Shown here: positions 35,661-44,897 of the stretch, one piece after another | Position numbering within the stretch: the first letter of the stretch is position 1 | Layout: each line of letters begins with the position of its first letter | From: Polyangiaceae bacterium | GTDB lineage: Bacteria; Myxococcota_A; Polyangia; Polyangiales; Polyangiaceae | NCBI GenBank assembly: GCA_965222375.1 | Contig: CBDCTZ010000005.1 | Span: 96,001 to 160,000 of the forward strand | Direction: 5' to 3' | DNA length: 64,000 nucleotides | Position numbers and translations under genes: made by a program | Notes under the pieces: model-generated | What the model was told of the DNA's origin: nothing | Database searches by the model: none | What the model saw: the letters and a program-made list of their open reading frames with translations, nothing else

Positions 35661-37784
35661 ATGAACACACGCCTTGTCTTTGGGTTTGCCGCGCTGGCGG
35701 CAGCTGCGCTTTCGACCACCTTTGCCTGTAGCTCCGATGACTCAGGCGGCGGAGGAGGAGGCTCCAACGCGGATGCGGGCGTCGACGCGCCCGTCACGGC
35801 CAGGCCGGTGGGCTCGCCCTGTTCCTGTGACGCCGAGTGCTCTGGTGACCCGCAATTCCCAGCCGTGTGCTTGCACGGGCTATGCGCTCAACGCGCCCCC
35901 GGGCCTTGCGCCGCACCAGGCGAAGAGGCGGGCTGCCCCGCTGGAAGCAAGTGCTTCGATGTCGCCAGCGCCGGCGCGAGCGTCTGCCTGCCCGCTCTCG
36001 ATCCTGCCAACTGCTCGGGCGGCGCGATCAACCGCCACGAGGTCTGCTCCCCAATCAAAGGCAAAGGCTGTGATGCCAGCTGCGGGCAAGGCTGCACCCT
36101 GACGGACCCGGCGCCGGGCACCCCCGGGGCTGCCTGCACTGCCGACGGCCAGTGCGCGCTGACGGATCCCATGTGTTACGACGGCACCGAGCCGAGCGGT
36201 TGGGAAGGCGGATACTGTTTGAGCTTCGGCTGCACCGACTCCAGTCAGTGCAACGGCGGAGCTTGCCTCCCCGTGTCGACCAGCGGGGATGGCGTTTGCG
36301 TCCAACAATGCGGCCACGATCTCGACTGCCGGGTCGGCTACACCTGTTCCAAGGTCAAGGACGGCACGGGGACCTATTGCCGTGCCGGATGTGACGCGGC
36401 GTCACCCTGCCCGTCAGGTCGGGTCTGCTTGGACAACGAGTGCATCGATGAAAAGGTCGCCTGTAGCGCGAGCAACCCTCATGGGTTTTGCCCCGACGGA
36501 TCCTGGTGCGACAAGGGCACATGCAACACCGAGCCCTTCAAGTGCGATGGCTCCAAGGACGCGCTGGAAGACAACGACTCCCTGACCGCGGCCAAGCCCG
36601 CGCCGCCCGGCCAAACGGATGGTTTGACCATTTGCGCAGGCGACGAGGATTGGTTCAAGGTCACGGTGCCGAAGGGCAAGATCGTGCGCGTCGGCATCAC
36701 GTTCCAGCACGGCGCTGGCGATCTCGACATGATCGTGCTCGACAACAAGGGCTACCTGATCGGTTCGCGCTACGGCGAGATTTACCCCTACGGCGATCGC
36801 GCTCAGGAAACCAATACCGAGTTCTACGGCTTGTACAGTGAAGCCGGCGGGGCGGAGTACATGTTGCGAGTCGTTGGCTTCCAAGCCGCGCAGAACGTCT
36901 ACAGCCTCACTGTCGAAGAGATCGACTACCAGGACGGCGCGGTCTGCTCCGACATCTACCCCGCCGCCGAGTGCATCGGTCAGCAACCCGGCGGCAAAGG
37001 GCTGATTCCCCTGCCCTTCCCGGATACGGCGGCGGTCGCCACGGCTCCCGCCAACAACTACGCCTGGGATACCTACTCGAACTACCGCTTCGCCCGGCGT
37101 GAACTGGCGATGCTCGTACGACACGCCATTGCCGAAACAAGCAAGGCGTTCCCCGGCACGAAGCCCCTAGGTTTGATCGATACATGTCAAATCGACGGAA
37201 TCACCCCGGGCTATGACGTCAATGATCCGCGGCATCCGGAGACCACCCACGATCAGGGCGGCAACATCGATCTCGCTTTCTATCAGACCACGCCCGACAA
37301 TCGTGCGCGCATCGTCTGCAACGACGGCGCAAAGCACGCCGACGGTTTCTGCACCCCAAATGCCGTGAACACGCACACCGTCGACTTGCCGCGCCAGGCA
37401 TTCTTCATGGCGAAGCTATTCGCTTCGCCCCGGCTGCGGGTGATAGGCGTCGACCAAGTGCTCGCGCCTCTGATCGGGGATGCCGCCAAAGTGCTCGCAG
37501 CACTGCCACCGACGGACCCCCACCACATCACGCCTCAGGAGCTCGCAAAGTTCTCCTCGGCCATGGCCTTCGGGAGTGGATGGCCGTTCCATCACCATCA
37601 CATTCACGTGAGCTTGCATTGGTGGGGCAGCCAGACGGCACCGGTGATCAAACCGGGCACGATCAGTCCCTTCATCGAGGCCAATACGCCGGCCCATCCC
37701 CTCGACGACCTGTTCGTCGCATGGCCGCCGCGGGGCGCGGCAGCGCGACTCCCGTCGGCACGCCGTCTGCTTCCCGCGCAGTGA
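35661..37784 (+). CDS. Modular lipoprotein: Cys-rich repeats, PPC-like domain, MepA/LAS-like metallopeptidase domain
   Basis: Lipobox 'TFAC'; Cys repeats; 'EDND...D.DWFKV...GDLDM' (PPC-like); 'HPETTHDQGGNIDLAFY' and 'HHHHIHVSL'. Confidence 0.72.
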   Translation: MNTRLVFGFAALAAAALSTTFACSSDDSGGGGGGSNADAGVDAPVTARPVGSPCSCDAECSGDPQFPAVCLHGLCAQRAPGPCAAPGEEAGCPAGSKCFDVASAGASVCLPALDPANCSGGAINRHEVCSPIKGKGCDASCGQGCTLTDPAPGTPGAACTADGQCALTDPMCYDGTEPSGWEGGYCLSFGCTDSSQCNGGACLPVSTSGDGVCVQQCGHDLDCRVGYTCSKVKDGTGTYCRAGCDAASPCPSGRVCLDNECIDEKVACSASNPHGFCPDGSWCDKGTCNTEPFKCDGSKDALEDNDSLTAAKPAPPGQTDGLTICAGDEDWFKVTVPKGKIVRVGITFQHGAGDLDMIVLDNKGYLIGSRYGEIYPYGDRAQETNTEFYGLYSEAGGAEYMLRVVGFQAAQNVYSLTVEEIDYQDGAVCSDIYPAAECIGQQPGGKGLIPLPFPDTAAVATAPANNYAWDTYSNYRFARRELAMLVRHAIAETSKAFPGTKPLGLIDTCQIDGITPGYDVNDPRHPETTHDQGGNIDLAFYQTTPDNRARIVCNDGAKHADGFCTPNAVNTHTVDLPRQAFFMAKLFASPRLRVIGVDQVLAPLIGDAAKVLAALPPTDPHHITPQELAKFSSAMAFGSGWPFHHHHIHVSLHWWGSQTAPVIKPGTISPFIEANTPAHPLDDLFVAWPPRGAAARLPSARRLLPAQ

Positions 37785-37791
37785 TACGCCC

Positions 37792-37817
37792 GGGCTCAGC
37801 CCGCCCGGGCTGGGCCC
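37792..37817. terminator. GC-rich hairpin between convergent genes
   Basis: GGGCTCAGCCC-GCCC-GGGCTGGGCCC; no long T tract. Confidence 0.5.
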
Positions 37818-37849
37818 TTCGCGTTGTGATCGCTCGCGCGTAGCGGAGC

Positions 37850-38788
37850 CTAGCTGGTGCTCGCAGCAGCCAGGGCGTCGAAACGGCGCTGGATCTCGTT
37901 CAAACGCCGCCCTAGATCCGCCTCGAAGTGAGCCACAAACGCCTCCAGTCGTGCGGAATGCTGGCGCCCCGAAGGGAACACCGCAAACAACGGAGAGGGC
38001 GGCACCTGCATCCTCGGCAGCACATGCTGCAGCCGACCCGCTTCCAGGTGCTCTGCGACCAGCCACAACGGCAACGGCGACAGCCCGAGGCCGGCGAGGG
38101 CGGCGTCTCGCACGGCTTCGATATCGTCAGACACTAGCCGCACGTTGAAGTCAGGCACCGCAGGCAGCACGCCCGCGGCCACCAGGTCGACCATGTTTTG
38201 GCGACTTCCAGTGTGGAGCACTGCCGCATGTCCGTCACCTTCCGCCAGGGATGTCGGCACGCCGTGCGCGTTCGCGTAGCTCGGAGCGCCAACGAGGATG
38301 ACCCCAACGTTGCCGAGCTTGCGCTGAGTCAGCGATCCGAAACCGGGCGTTCCAACTCGGATGGCGAGATCGATTCCCTCGCGCACGAGATCGATTGGGT
38401 GATCCGATAGCAGCAGCTCGACGCTGACCTGTTCATGACTCTGAAGAAACGTCGTCACTGAGGGCAACACGAAGCTCCGGCCAAATGCTCCCGGCGCGGA
38501 GACGCGCAGAGTTCCGGCTAGGGAGGTCTCACCCGCACGGACCTCGTTCTCTGCGTCCGTTAGCTCCAGAACCGCTCGAGACGCACGCTCGTAGAAGGCG
38601 CGCCCCGCCTCCGTAGGCGTCACCCGCCGGGTCGTTCTCACCAGTAGTCGAGCATTCAAGCGCTCCTCCAGAGCCGCGATGTGGCGGCTGACGCTCGGTT
38701 GAGAAATCCCCAGCTCGCGCGCGACCGCGGAAAAGCTCTCTCGCTCCACGACCCGGCAGAAAACCCGCAGACCGGTCAGCTCATCCAT
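37850..38788 (-). CDS. LysR family transcriptional regulator
   Basis: 'F.RVVE..SFSAVARELG.SQPSVSRHI..LE..L...LL.RTTR.V.PTEAG'; 'DLVREGIDLAIR'. Confidence 0.95.
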   Translation of the reverse strand: MDELTGLRVFCRVVERESFSAVARELGISQPSVSRHIAALEERLNARLLVRTTRRVTPTEAGRAFYERASRAVLELTDAENEVRAGETSLAGTLRVSAPGAFGRSFVLPSVTTFLQSHEQVSVELLLSDHPIDLVREGIDLAIRVGTPGFGSLTQRKLGNVGVILVGAPSYANAHGVPTSLAEGDGHAAVLHTGSRQNMVDLVAAGVLPAVPDFNVRLVSDDIEAVRDAALAGLGLSPLPLWLVAEHLEAGRLQHVLPRMQVPPSPLFAVFPSGRQHSARLEAFVAHFEADLGRRLNEIQRRFDALAAASTS

Positions 38789-38872
38789 GCGCCACAAGCA
38801 TAACTAATAGCCTGCCCGTGCGCATTATCATCGTCACGCGCATGAGTTAATTCAGAGGGGAAAGGGAAAACC

Positions 38873-40084
38873 ATGACCACAACCCCCTCGAATCCTGCGA
38901 AATCCACCAGCGCAAGGGTGCTGGACCGAGCCGGTGCCGCAATCAGCCGCCGCGGCTTCTGTGCTGGCGTCGGCGCCAGCTCGGTGATGTTGGTCAGCGT
39001 CGGCGGAATGCTCGCCGGCTGCGGCCAGTATGCCGCCGAAGAAGGCGTGGCCTATGCGCCCTGGGACTTTCCGAACGGTGAGACGGCGCCCGAGCGTATC
39101 GCTGTCGCCGCCGCGATCCTGGCGGCGAGCCCCCACAACACGCAGCCCTGGCTGTTCGCGATCACGCCGAGCGCGATCGACGTGTTCGCGAACATGGACC
39201 AGAGCCTCCACGCCATGGACCCCTTGGGGCGGGAGCTCTTCATTGGGCTCGGTTGCGCGATCGAAAACCTGGTCTTGGCGGCGGCCGCCCACGGTCGCGC
39301 CAGCACCATCACCTGGGAACCGTCAGCTGCGGATCCGCGCCATGTCGCTCGCATCGACCTGACCGACGCGCCGCCCAAGCTGAGCGCCCTGTATCGAGCC
39401 ATTCCCAATCGCCACACCAATCGCGGCCGCTACCTCGATGGCCACTCTCCCAAGGGCCTCGAGCCGGCGCTTCGCGCACTCATCGACGATTCAGACGTCG
39501 AACTCACGTTTCTCAGCGGGCCGGGCAAAGCCGAGTTTCGCCGCGGCACGATCGCTGCCACTCGCGCCATCGTGAACGACGCTGCCATGTGGGATGCGAG
39601 CCACAGTTGGTGGCGTCAAACCAAGGAGGAAATCGAGGAGCACCGCGACGGGCTCACTCTCGACGCGACCGGCCTGGGATCGTCGATCCGAGCCCTGGCC
39701 AAGGCATCTGGCAAACCGAGCGCCAAGAAGGCTGGAGAGTACTGGATCGACAGCAACGAAAACGAGCACACGACAGGGTTCGCATTCTGCTTGTTGTCCA
39801 CGAAAGTTCGCGACAGTCGCGAGCAGCAACTTCGGAGCGGTCGCATCTTTCAGCGCATGCACCTGTGGGCGACGACCCAGGGCCTGGCCGTACACCCGCT
39901 CAATCAGATGCCTGAGCGACAGGATCGAGAACAGGAAAAGGACCTCACGCCAAACTTCGGTCCAAAGCTGGCAGCCCTGACCGGCAAGATCGAGTCCGCG
40001 GTGCAGATGTCGTTCCGCATCGGTGTGGAGTGGGATCCCGCTATCAAGAGCCCACGGCGTCCCATCCCCTGGGTGACGAAATGA
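38873..40084 (+). CDS. Acg-type nitroreductase-family protein with Tat lipoprotein signal
   Basis: 'SRRGFC' twin-arginine motif and 'LAGC' lipobox; 'AASPHNTQPW.F', 'DP.GRE..IGLGCAIENL', 'IPNRHTNR', 'GRIFQR.HL.AT..GLA.HPLNQ'. Confidence 0.85.
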   Translation: MTTTPSNPAKSTSARVLDRAGAAISRRGFCAGVGASSVMLVSVGGMLAGCGQYAAEEGVAYAPWDFPNGETAPERIAVAAAILAASPHNTQPWLFAITPSAIDVFANMDQSLHAMDPLGRELFIGLGCAIENLVLAAAAHGRASTITWEPSAADPRHVARIDLTDAPPKLSALYRAIPNRHTNRGRYLDGHSPKGLEPALRALIDDSDVELTFLSGPGKAEFRRGTIAATRAIVNDAAMWDASHSWWRQTKEEIEEHRDGLTLDATGLGSSIRALAKASGKPSAKKAGEYWIDSNENEHTTGFAFCLLSTKVRDSREQQLRSGRIFQRMHLWATTQGLAVHPLNQMPERQDREQEKDLTPNFGPKLAALTGKIESAVQMSFRIGVEWDPAIKSPRRPIPWVTK

Positions 40085-40680
40085 CTCCAGCCGTGCCCAC
40101 AGCCTGTGCGGCTTTGGCCGCCGTGCTGCTCTTCACGGTCACTTCGTCCGCACAAGAGCGAGACCAGTTCGTCCCGATGGCGGGTCTGGAACTGGGCCAG
40201 AGTTGGGAACGCCTGTCGGTAACTTTCGACGGCCAAGAACAGAGCGAGGATCGTTGGCTCTGGAATACACGTGTCATGCTTGGCTTGAGCGTTCGGCTGC
40301 CGAACGTTGCCGGCATCGCGACGCGAGCGGATTCCACTGTCGCGTTCGGCGTCGTTCACCACACGGGGCACGGACACCTCGATCTGCGAGAGGCCGGCTT
40401 GTTGGAACTGCCCCTGGGCGCCGGCTTCAGCGTGCCCATAGGTGTGTCTGCCGGGGTCGTCATCGACACGGCCAGCAGCAAGCGAAGCGCGTTCGAAGCG
40501 GGGTTGCCCGTGGGCCTGCGATTTCGATTCGTGGAGTTGCTGTACCGTCCCGGCCTGTCTCTGCCCCTGGGCGCCGAAGAGCGCCGCGTCTTCACCGGAA
40601 GCCGGAAGCACTCCGCGCGGCCGGGCATCGTTCCTCTCGACCTTTCGCTGCGCTTTCACCTAACCGGCCTCGGCTTCTAA
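40081..40680 (+). CDS. Hypothetical exported protein, possibly an outer-membrane beta-barrel
   Basis: Signal peptide (..SSA-Q), alternating hydrophobic strands, C-terminal Phe; ATGA-coupled to the upstream gene. Confidence 0.6.
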   Translation: MTPAVPTACAALAAVLLFTVTSSAQERDQFVPMAGLELGQSWERLSVTFDGQEQSEDRWLWNTRVMLGLSVRLPNVAGIATRADSTVAFGVVHHTGHGHLDLREAGLLELPLGAGFSVPIGVSAGVVIDTASSKRSAFEAGLPVGLRFRFVELLYRPGLSLPLGAEERRVFTGSRKHSARPGIVPLDLSLRFHLTGLGF

Positions 40681-40726
40681 AACGACCGCTCGCTTCCAGT
40701 GACAGCGTCCGCTACGGTCCCCGGCC

Positions 40727-41836
40727 TTGCCTGTAACGACGCACTCCGAGCCTCACCGCCCCGATCCCCCTGCGCCGGATCTCGAGGCGTTCTTGAGCGA
40801 GATCCAGACCCTACGCAGGGAGATCCGAGAATCTCTCGGACCCCAAGATCTGCGCCACCTGCGAAAGATCCAGCGCTGGGGTCGCCTCGGGACCGCCCTT
40901 GGGTTGGCGACCGCGTGGATGGGCCCCAACCCCGTGAGTGCATCCGCCCTGGCCTTGGGGCGCTCGACGCGCTGGCTGATGATGCACCACGTCGGTCACC
41001 GGGGATACGACCGCGTCCCCAATGTGCCCGAAACTCTGACCAGCCGGCGGTTTGCACGTGGCCCGCGGCGCTACGTGGATTGGCTGGATTGGATGCTCCC
41101 GGAAGCCTGGATCTACGAGCACAATGTGCTGCACCACTCGAACACTGGCGAGGACAAAGACCCCGACGTCGTCGAACGCAACACTCAGTGGGTGCGCGCC
41201 CTGCCCCAGCCTGCCCGTTACGCGATTCTCGGGCTTCTCGCTTTCACTTGGCGCGCCAGCTACTACGCACAGAATACGACCGAAGAGTGGCTGGCGAGGC
41301 ACGGACAAAAGCCAACCCGGGCGAAGCTCGCCAAAGTGCTCTGCGTCGACGCCCTCCTGCCCTACGCGCTGGTGCAATTCGGCGCGTTGCCCCTGCTGTA
41401 TTTACCATTGGGTCCCCTGGGCGTCGGCAGCGCCTTGGCCAATAGCGTGTGCGCTGACTTGTTGACGAATCTGCACACCTTCCTGGTCGTCGGGCCCAAC
41501 CACACCGGCGAAGACGTCCCTCGTTTCGACGACCGCCCGGCCAACAAGGCCGAGTACTACGCGCGCCAAGTCATCGGCTCGGTCAATTTTCGCACGGGCA
41601 GCGATCTGAATGACTTCGCCCACTTGTGGCTGAACTACCAGATCGAACACCACCTATTTCCCGACATTCCGATGCTGAAGTACCAGCAGATCCAGCCGCA
41701 GGTTCGACGCCTTTGTGAGCGTCACGGACTGCCCTACGTTCAGGAAAGCGTCTGGACTCGGTTCCGGAAGATGGCCGATGTCTTTGTCGGCAAGGCCCAG
41801 ATGCCGCGACGACGCAGCGGTCGGCTCTTCGCCTAG
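40727..41836 (+). CDS. Membrane fatty acid desaturase
   Basis: His boxes 'HHVGH', 'HNVLHH', 'QIEHHLFP'. Confidence 0.92.
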   Translation: MPVTTHSEPHRPDPPAPDLEAFLSEIQTLRREIRESLGPQDLRHLRKIQRWGRLGTALGLATAWMGPNPVSASALALGRSTRWLMMHHVGHRGYDRVPNVPETLTSRRFARGPRRYVDWLDWMLPEAWIYEHNVLHHSNTGEDKDPDVVERNTQWVRALPQPARYAILGLLAFTWRASYYAQNTTEEWLARHGQKPTRAKLAKVLCVDALLPYALVQFGALPLLYLPLGPLGVGSALANSVCADLLTNLHTFLVVGPNHTGEDVPRFDDRPANKAEYYARQVIGSVNFRTGSDLNDFAHLWLNYQIEHHLFPDIPMLKYQQIQPQVRRLCERHGLPYVQESVWTRFRKMADVFVGKAQMPRRRSGRLFA

Positions 41837-41904
41837 AGGCACCCTCGGCGCAGCCGCGCCCAGGGTGGTTGACGGCGCGGCGTGGCCCGCGCATGCCTCG
41901 GCGC

Positions 41905-44076
41905 ATGAAGCGTTCTTCCTCCTTGGGCTGCGTCGCGATTCTGACCCTGGCTGCCTGTGGCCCCGCTCGCGATACGCAGAGCCCGGTCGCAGCCACTAGC
42001 CCGCCACCGCCGGCGAGCGCCGCGCCCGCAGCGCCAGAGCCGAGCATCGACGACCTGCTGGCGAAGTGGACCGGCCCCCATGGAGGCGTGCCACCCTGGG
42101 ACAAGGCCAACCACAAGTTGTTCCAACCCGCCATCGACAAAGCCTCTGAACTCTACCTGGCGGAAGTGTACGCCATCGCTGCGTCCACAGAGCCCGCCAG
42201 CTTCGACAACACCCTCGCTGCCCTGGAGCGAGCGGGCAAACCCTTGGACCGGGTAGCAACGCTGTTCTTCGTGATGACGGGCAATCGCAACACGCCGGAG
42301 ATCCAAAAGCTCACGGGGGTGATTCGCCCGAAGCTCTCGGAAGTCTCCGACAAAGTGAACTTCAATGCGAAGTTGTTTGCTCGGATCAAGGCCGTCTACG
42401 ACGCGCGCGACAAGAGCGAGCTCGACGCGGAACAGAAACGGCTGGTCGAAAAGACCTACGACGACTTCGTACGCCGCGGCGCCAACCTCGACGCCGAAAA
42501 GAAGAAGCGTATGGGGGAGATCAACCAGCGCCTGGCCAAACTCTTCACCGACTTCGGCAACCGGGTGCAGGCCGATGAGGACACCTGGGTCACTCTCACC
42601 AAAGATGAACTGGCTGGACTGCCGGAATCCCTGGTAGCCAGCTACAAAGCGGCCGCCAGCGAGCGCAAGCTGGACGGCTACGCGGTAGTGAACACTCGCT
42701 CTGCCGTCGACCCCTTCTTGACCTTTTCCGACAATCGCGCCAAGCGCGAAAAGGTGTGGCGCGCGTTCATCAAGCGCGGGGACAACGGCGACAAGAACGA
42801 CACGAACGCGCTCATTCCAGAAATCGTCAAGCTCCGCGCTGAGCGCGCCAAGCTTCTCGGTTTCAAGAGCCACGCGCATTGGCGCATGAGCGACACCATG
42901 GCCAAGGACCCCGCTCGCGCTCAGAAGCTCATGATGCGGGTGTGGCCCGCCGCAGTCGCACGCGTGAAACAAGAAGTCCGCGACATGCAGAAGCTGGCGA
43001 CCAAGTTGGGTCACAAGATCACCGTCGAGCCCTGGGACTACCGCTACTACATGGAGAAGGTCCGCAAGCAGCGCTACGACCTGGACCAGAACGAGTTCAA
43101 GAAGTATTTCGAACTCGAAAACATGATCGCCGCGTCCTACTACATGGCCGAGAAGCTATACGGCTATGCCTTCGAGGAAATCACGGGCAAGGTTCCGGTA
43201 TTTCATCCCGATGTTCGCGTGTATCGGGTCACCAACAAGGCCGACGGCAGCCATGTCGGCTTCTTGTATCGAGACGATTTCGCGCGCCAGTACAAGCGCT
43301 CCGGCGCCTGGCAGGCCACCTATCAAGACCAACAGAAGTTGGACGGACAGGTGGACGCCATCGTGTCGAACAACAACAACTTCACCAAAGCCGGCAAGGG
43401 CCAGCCAGTGCTGATCAGCCTGGATGACGCCGAAACCCTCTTCCACGAGTTCGGCCACGCGCTCCATGCCCTGACCAACGACACCACCTATCCCTCCCTC
43501 GGGGGCACACCTCGGGACTTCGTCGAGTTCCCCAGCCAGGTGCACGAGAACTGGGTACTGACGCGAGAAATCCTGGACAAGTACGCGTTGCACTACAAGA
43601 CGAAGCAGAAGATGCCCCAAGCCCTCATCGACAAGATGCGGGCAGCATCCACGTTCAATCAAGGTTTCGCCACGGTCGAGTATCTGAGCGCTGCGATCGT
43701 CGACATGAAGCTCCACACCGACCCGAAAGGCGAGGTCGACCCGAAGGCCTTCGAGAAGAAGACGCTCAAGGCGATCGGAATGCCGAAGCAGATCGTGTTG
43801 CGCCATCGGCTACCCCACTTCCAGCACCTCTTCACCTCGGATTCATACTCGGCGGGGTACTATTCCTATCTCTGGTCAGACGTCATGGCGGCAGACGCCT
43901 GGGAAGCGTTCGAGAAGACCAAGGACCCCTGGCATCCGGAAACAGCGAAGAAGTTCAAGGAGATCATCCTGGCCACTGGCGACGCCATCGACCGAGCGGA
44001 GGCGTACCGGAAGTTCCGGGGCCGGGACCCGAAGGTCGAGGCGCTGTTGAAGAACCGCGGGTTTCCGACCCGCTGA
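41905..44076 (+). CDS. dcp: M3 family peptidyl-dipeptidase (Dcp-like) lipoprotein
   Basis: Lipobox 'LAAC'; 'KRSGAW', 'LFHEFGHALH', 'RDFVEFPSQ', 'YSAGYYSYLWS'. Confidence 0.9.
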   Translation: MKRSSSLGCVAILTLAACGPARDTQSPVAATSPPPPASAAPAAPEPSIDDLLAKWTGPHGGVPPWDKANHKLFQPAIDKASELYLAEVYAIAASTEPASFDNTLAALERAGKPLDRVATLFFVMTGNRNTPEIQKLTGVIRPKLSEVSDKVNFNAKLFARIKAVYDARDKSELDAEQKRLVEKTYDDFVRRGANLDAEKKKRMGEINQRLAKLFTDFGNRVQADEDTWVTLTKDELAGLPESLVASYKAAASERKLDGYAVVNTRSAVDPFLTFSDNRAKREKVWRAFIKRGDNGDKNDTNALIPEIVKLRAERAKLLGFKSHAHWRMSDTMAKDPARAQKLMMRVWPAAVARVKQEVRDMQKLATKLGHKITVEPWDYRYYMEKVRKQRYDLDQNEFKKYFELENMIAASYYMAEKLYGYAFEEITGKVPVFHPDVRVYRVTNKADGSHVGFLYRDDFARQYKRSGAWQATYQDQQKLDGQVDAIVSNNNNFTKAGKGQPVLISLDDAETLFHEFGHALHALTNDTTYPSLGGTPRDFVEFPSQVHENWVLTREILDKYALHYKTKQKMPQALIDKMRAASTFNQGFATVEYLSAAIVDMKLHTDPKGEVDPKAFEKKTLKAIGMPKQIVLRHRLPHFQHLFTSDSYSAGYYSYLWSDVMAADAWEAFEKTKDPWHPETAKKFKEIILATGDAIDRAEAYRKFRGRDPKVEALLKNRGFPTR

Positions 44077-44088
44077 GGCGTCGCCAAG

Positions 44089-44850
44089 CTATTTCTTCTT
44101 GGCGATGCACATGTGGGTGAACTGCCCGCCCCCGGTCGGTTTGTTGTGGGCGCCGAAGTACAGGGTCTTGCCCACATGAGCGGACAGATCCAGTTCCAAC
44201 AGCTGCTGCTCCTTGTTGCAGACCAGCGTGTGGAGGTAGTTCAGATTATCCCAAGCGTTCTTCCCGGTCTTTTCCCAACCCTGGCAGCGCTTGATTGAAT
44301 CCACCGGGTCCGGAGGGCCCGTGTTCGTCGAAACGTAGATCGTTCCCCCCGCGTCCGTGATGCATACCAACACCAGATCGTTGCCCGGCGCTTCGACTTT
44401 CCATGCAGCGTCGTCGCAGATTTCGCTGCCATTGCGTGCGGCCTTGATGCAGTCGCTTTCCAGGTAGACCACGGGTCCGCAGGCCCCACAGGAGCCGCCG
44501 CAGTCCACCCCCGTCTCGTCGCAGTCCTGCTTGCCGTTGGAACAAGAGCAGCCGGCGTCCACGCCGCCGCTACCGCTCTGTCCACCTGCGCCGGAGCCGC
44601 CGGAGGATCCGGCGTCACACCTCGGGCAAGCGCTCTTGGTGCCATCTGGCAAGCAGGTCTGCTTCCCATTGGGCACGCCGAAGCAACTGCACACCCATTC
44701 GTCACCGGGGTTGCAGCTACCTGCACCTCCGCTACTGCTGCCACCGCTCCCCCCGGGCGGCGCGTTGCTCGCTGTACCTGTGGTGTCGTCACCGCAAGCC
44801 GCCAGTGCGAAGGCGAGGAACGAGGCGAGCACAACGCTGCGGCACTCCAT
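44089..44850 (-). CDS. Cys-rich lipoprotein of unknown function
   Basis: Lipobox 'LAAC'; Gly/Ser linkers; 'CSNGKQDCDETGVDCGGSC' motif. Confidence 0.75.
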   Translation of the reverse strand: MECRSVVLASFLAFALAACGDDTTGTASNAPPGGSGGSSSGGAGSCNPGDEWVCSCFGVPNGKQTCLPDGTKSACPRCDAGSSGGSGAGGQSGSGGVDAGCSCSNGKQDCDETGVDCGGSCGACGPVVYLESDCIKAARNGSEICDDAAWKVEAPGNDLVLVCITDAGGTIYVSTNTGPPDPVDSIKRCQGWEKTGKNAWDNLNYLHTLVCNKEQQLLELDLSAHVGKTLYFGAHNKPTGGGQFTHMCIAKKK

Positions 44851-44897
44851 GTCCCTGAGCATAGCTCACTGAGCCCACGCCAGCTGGTCGTGGAATT

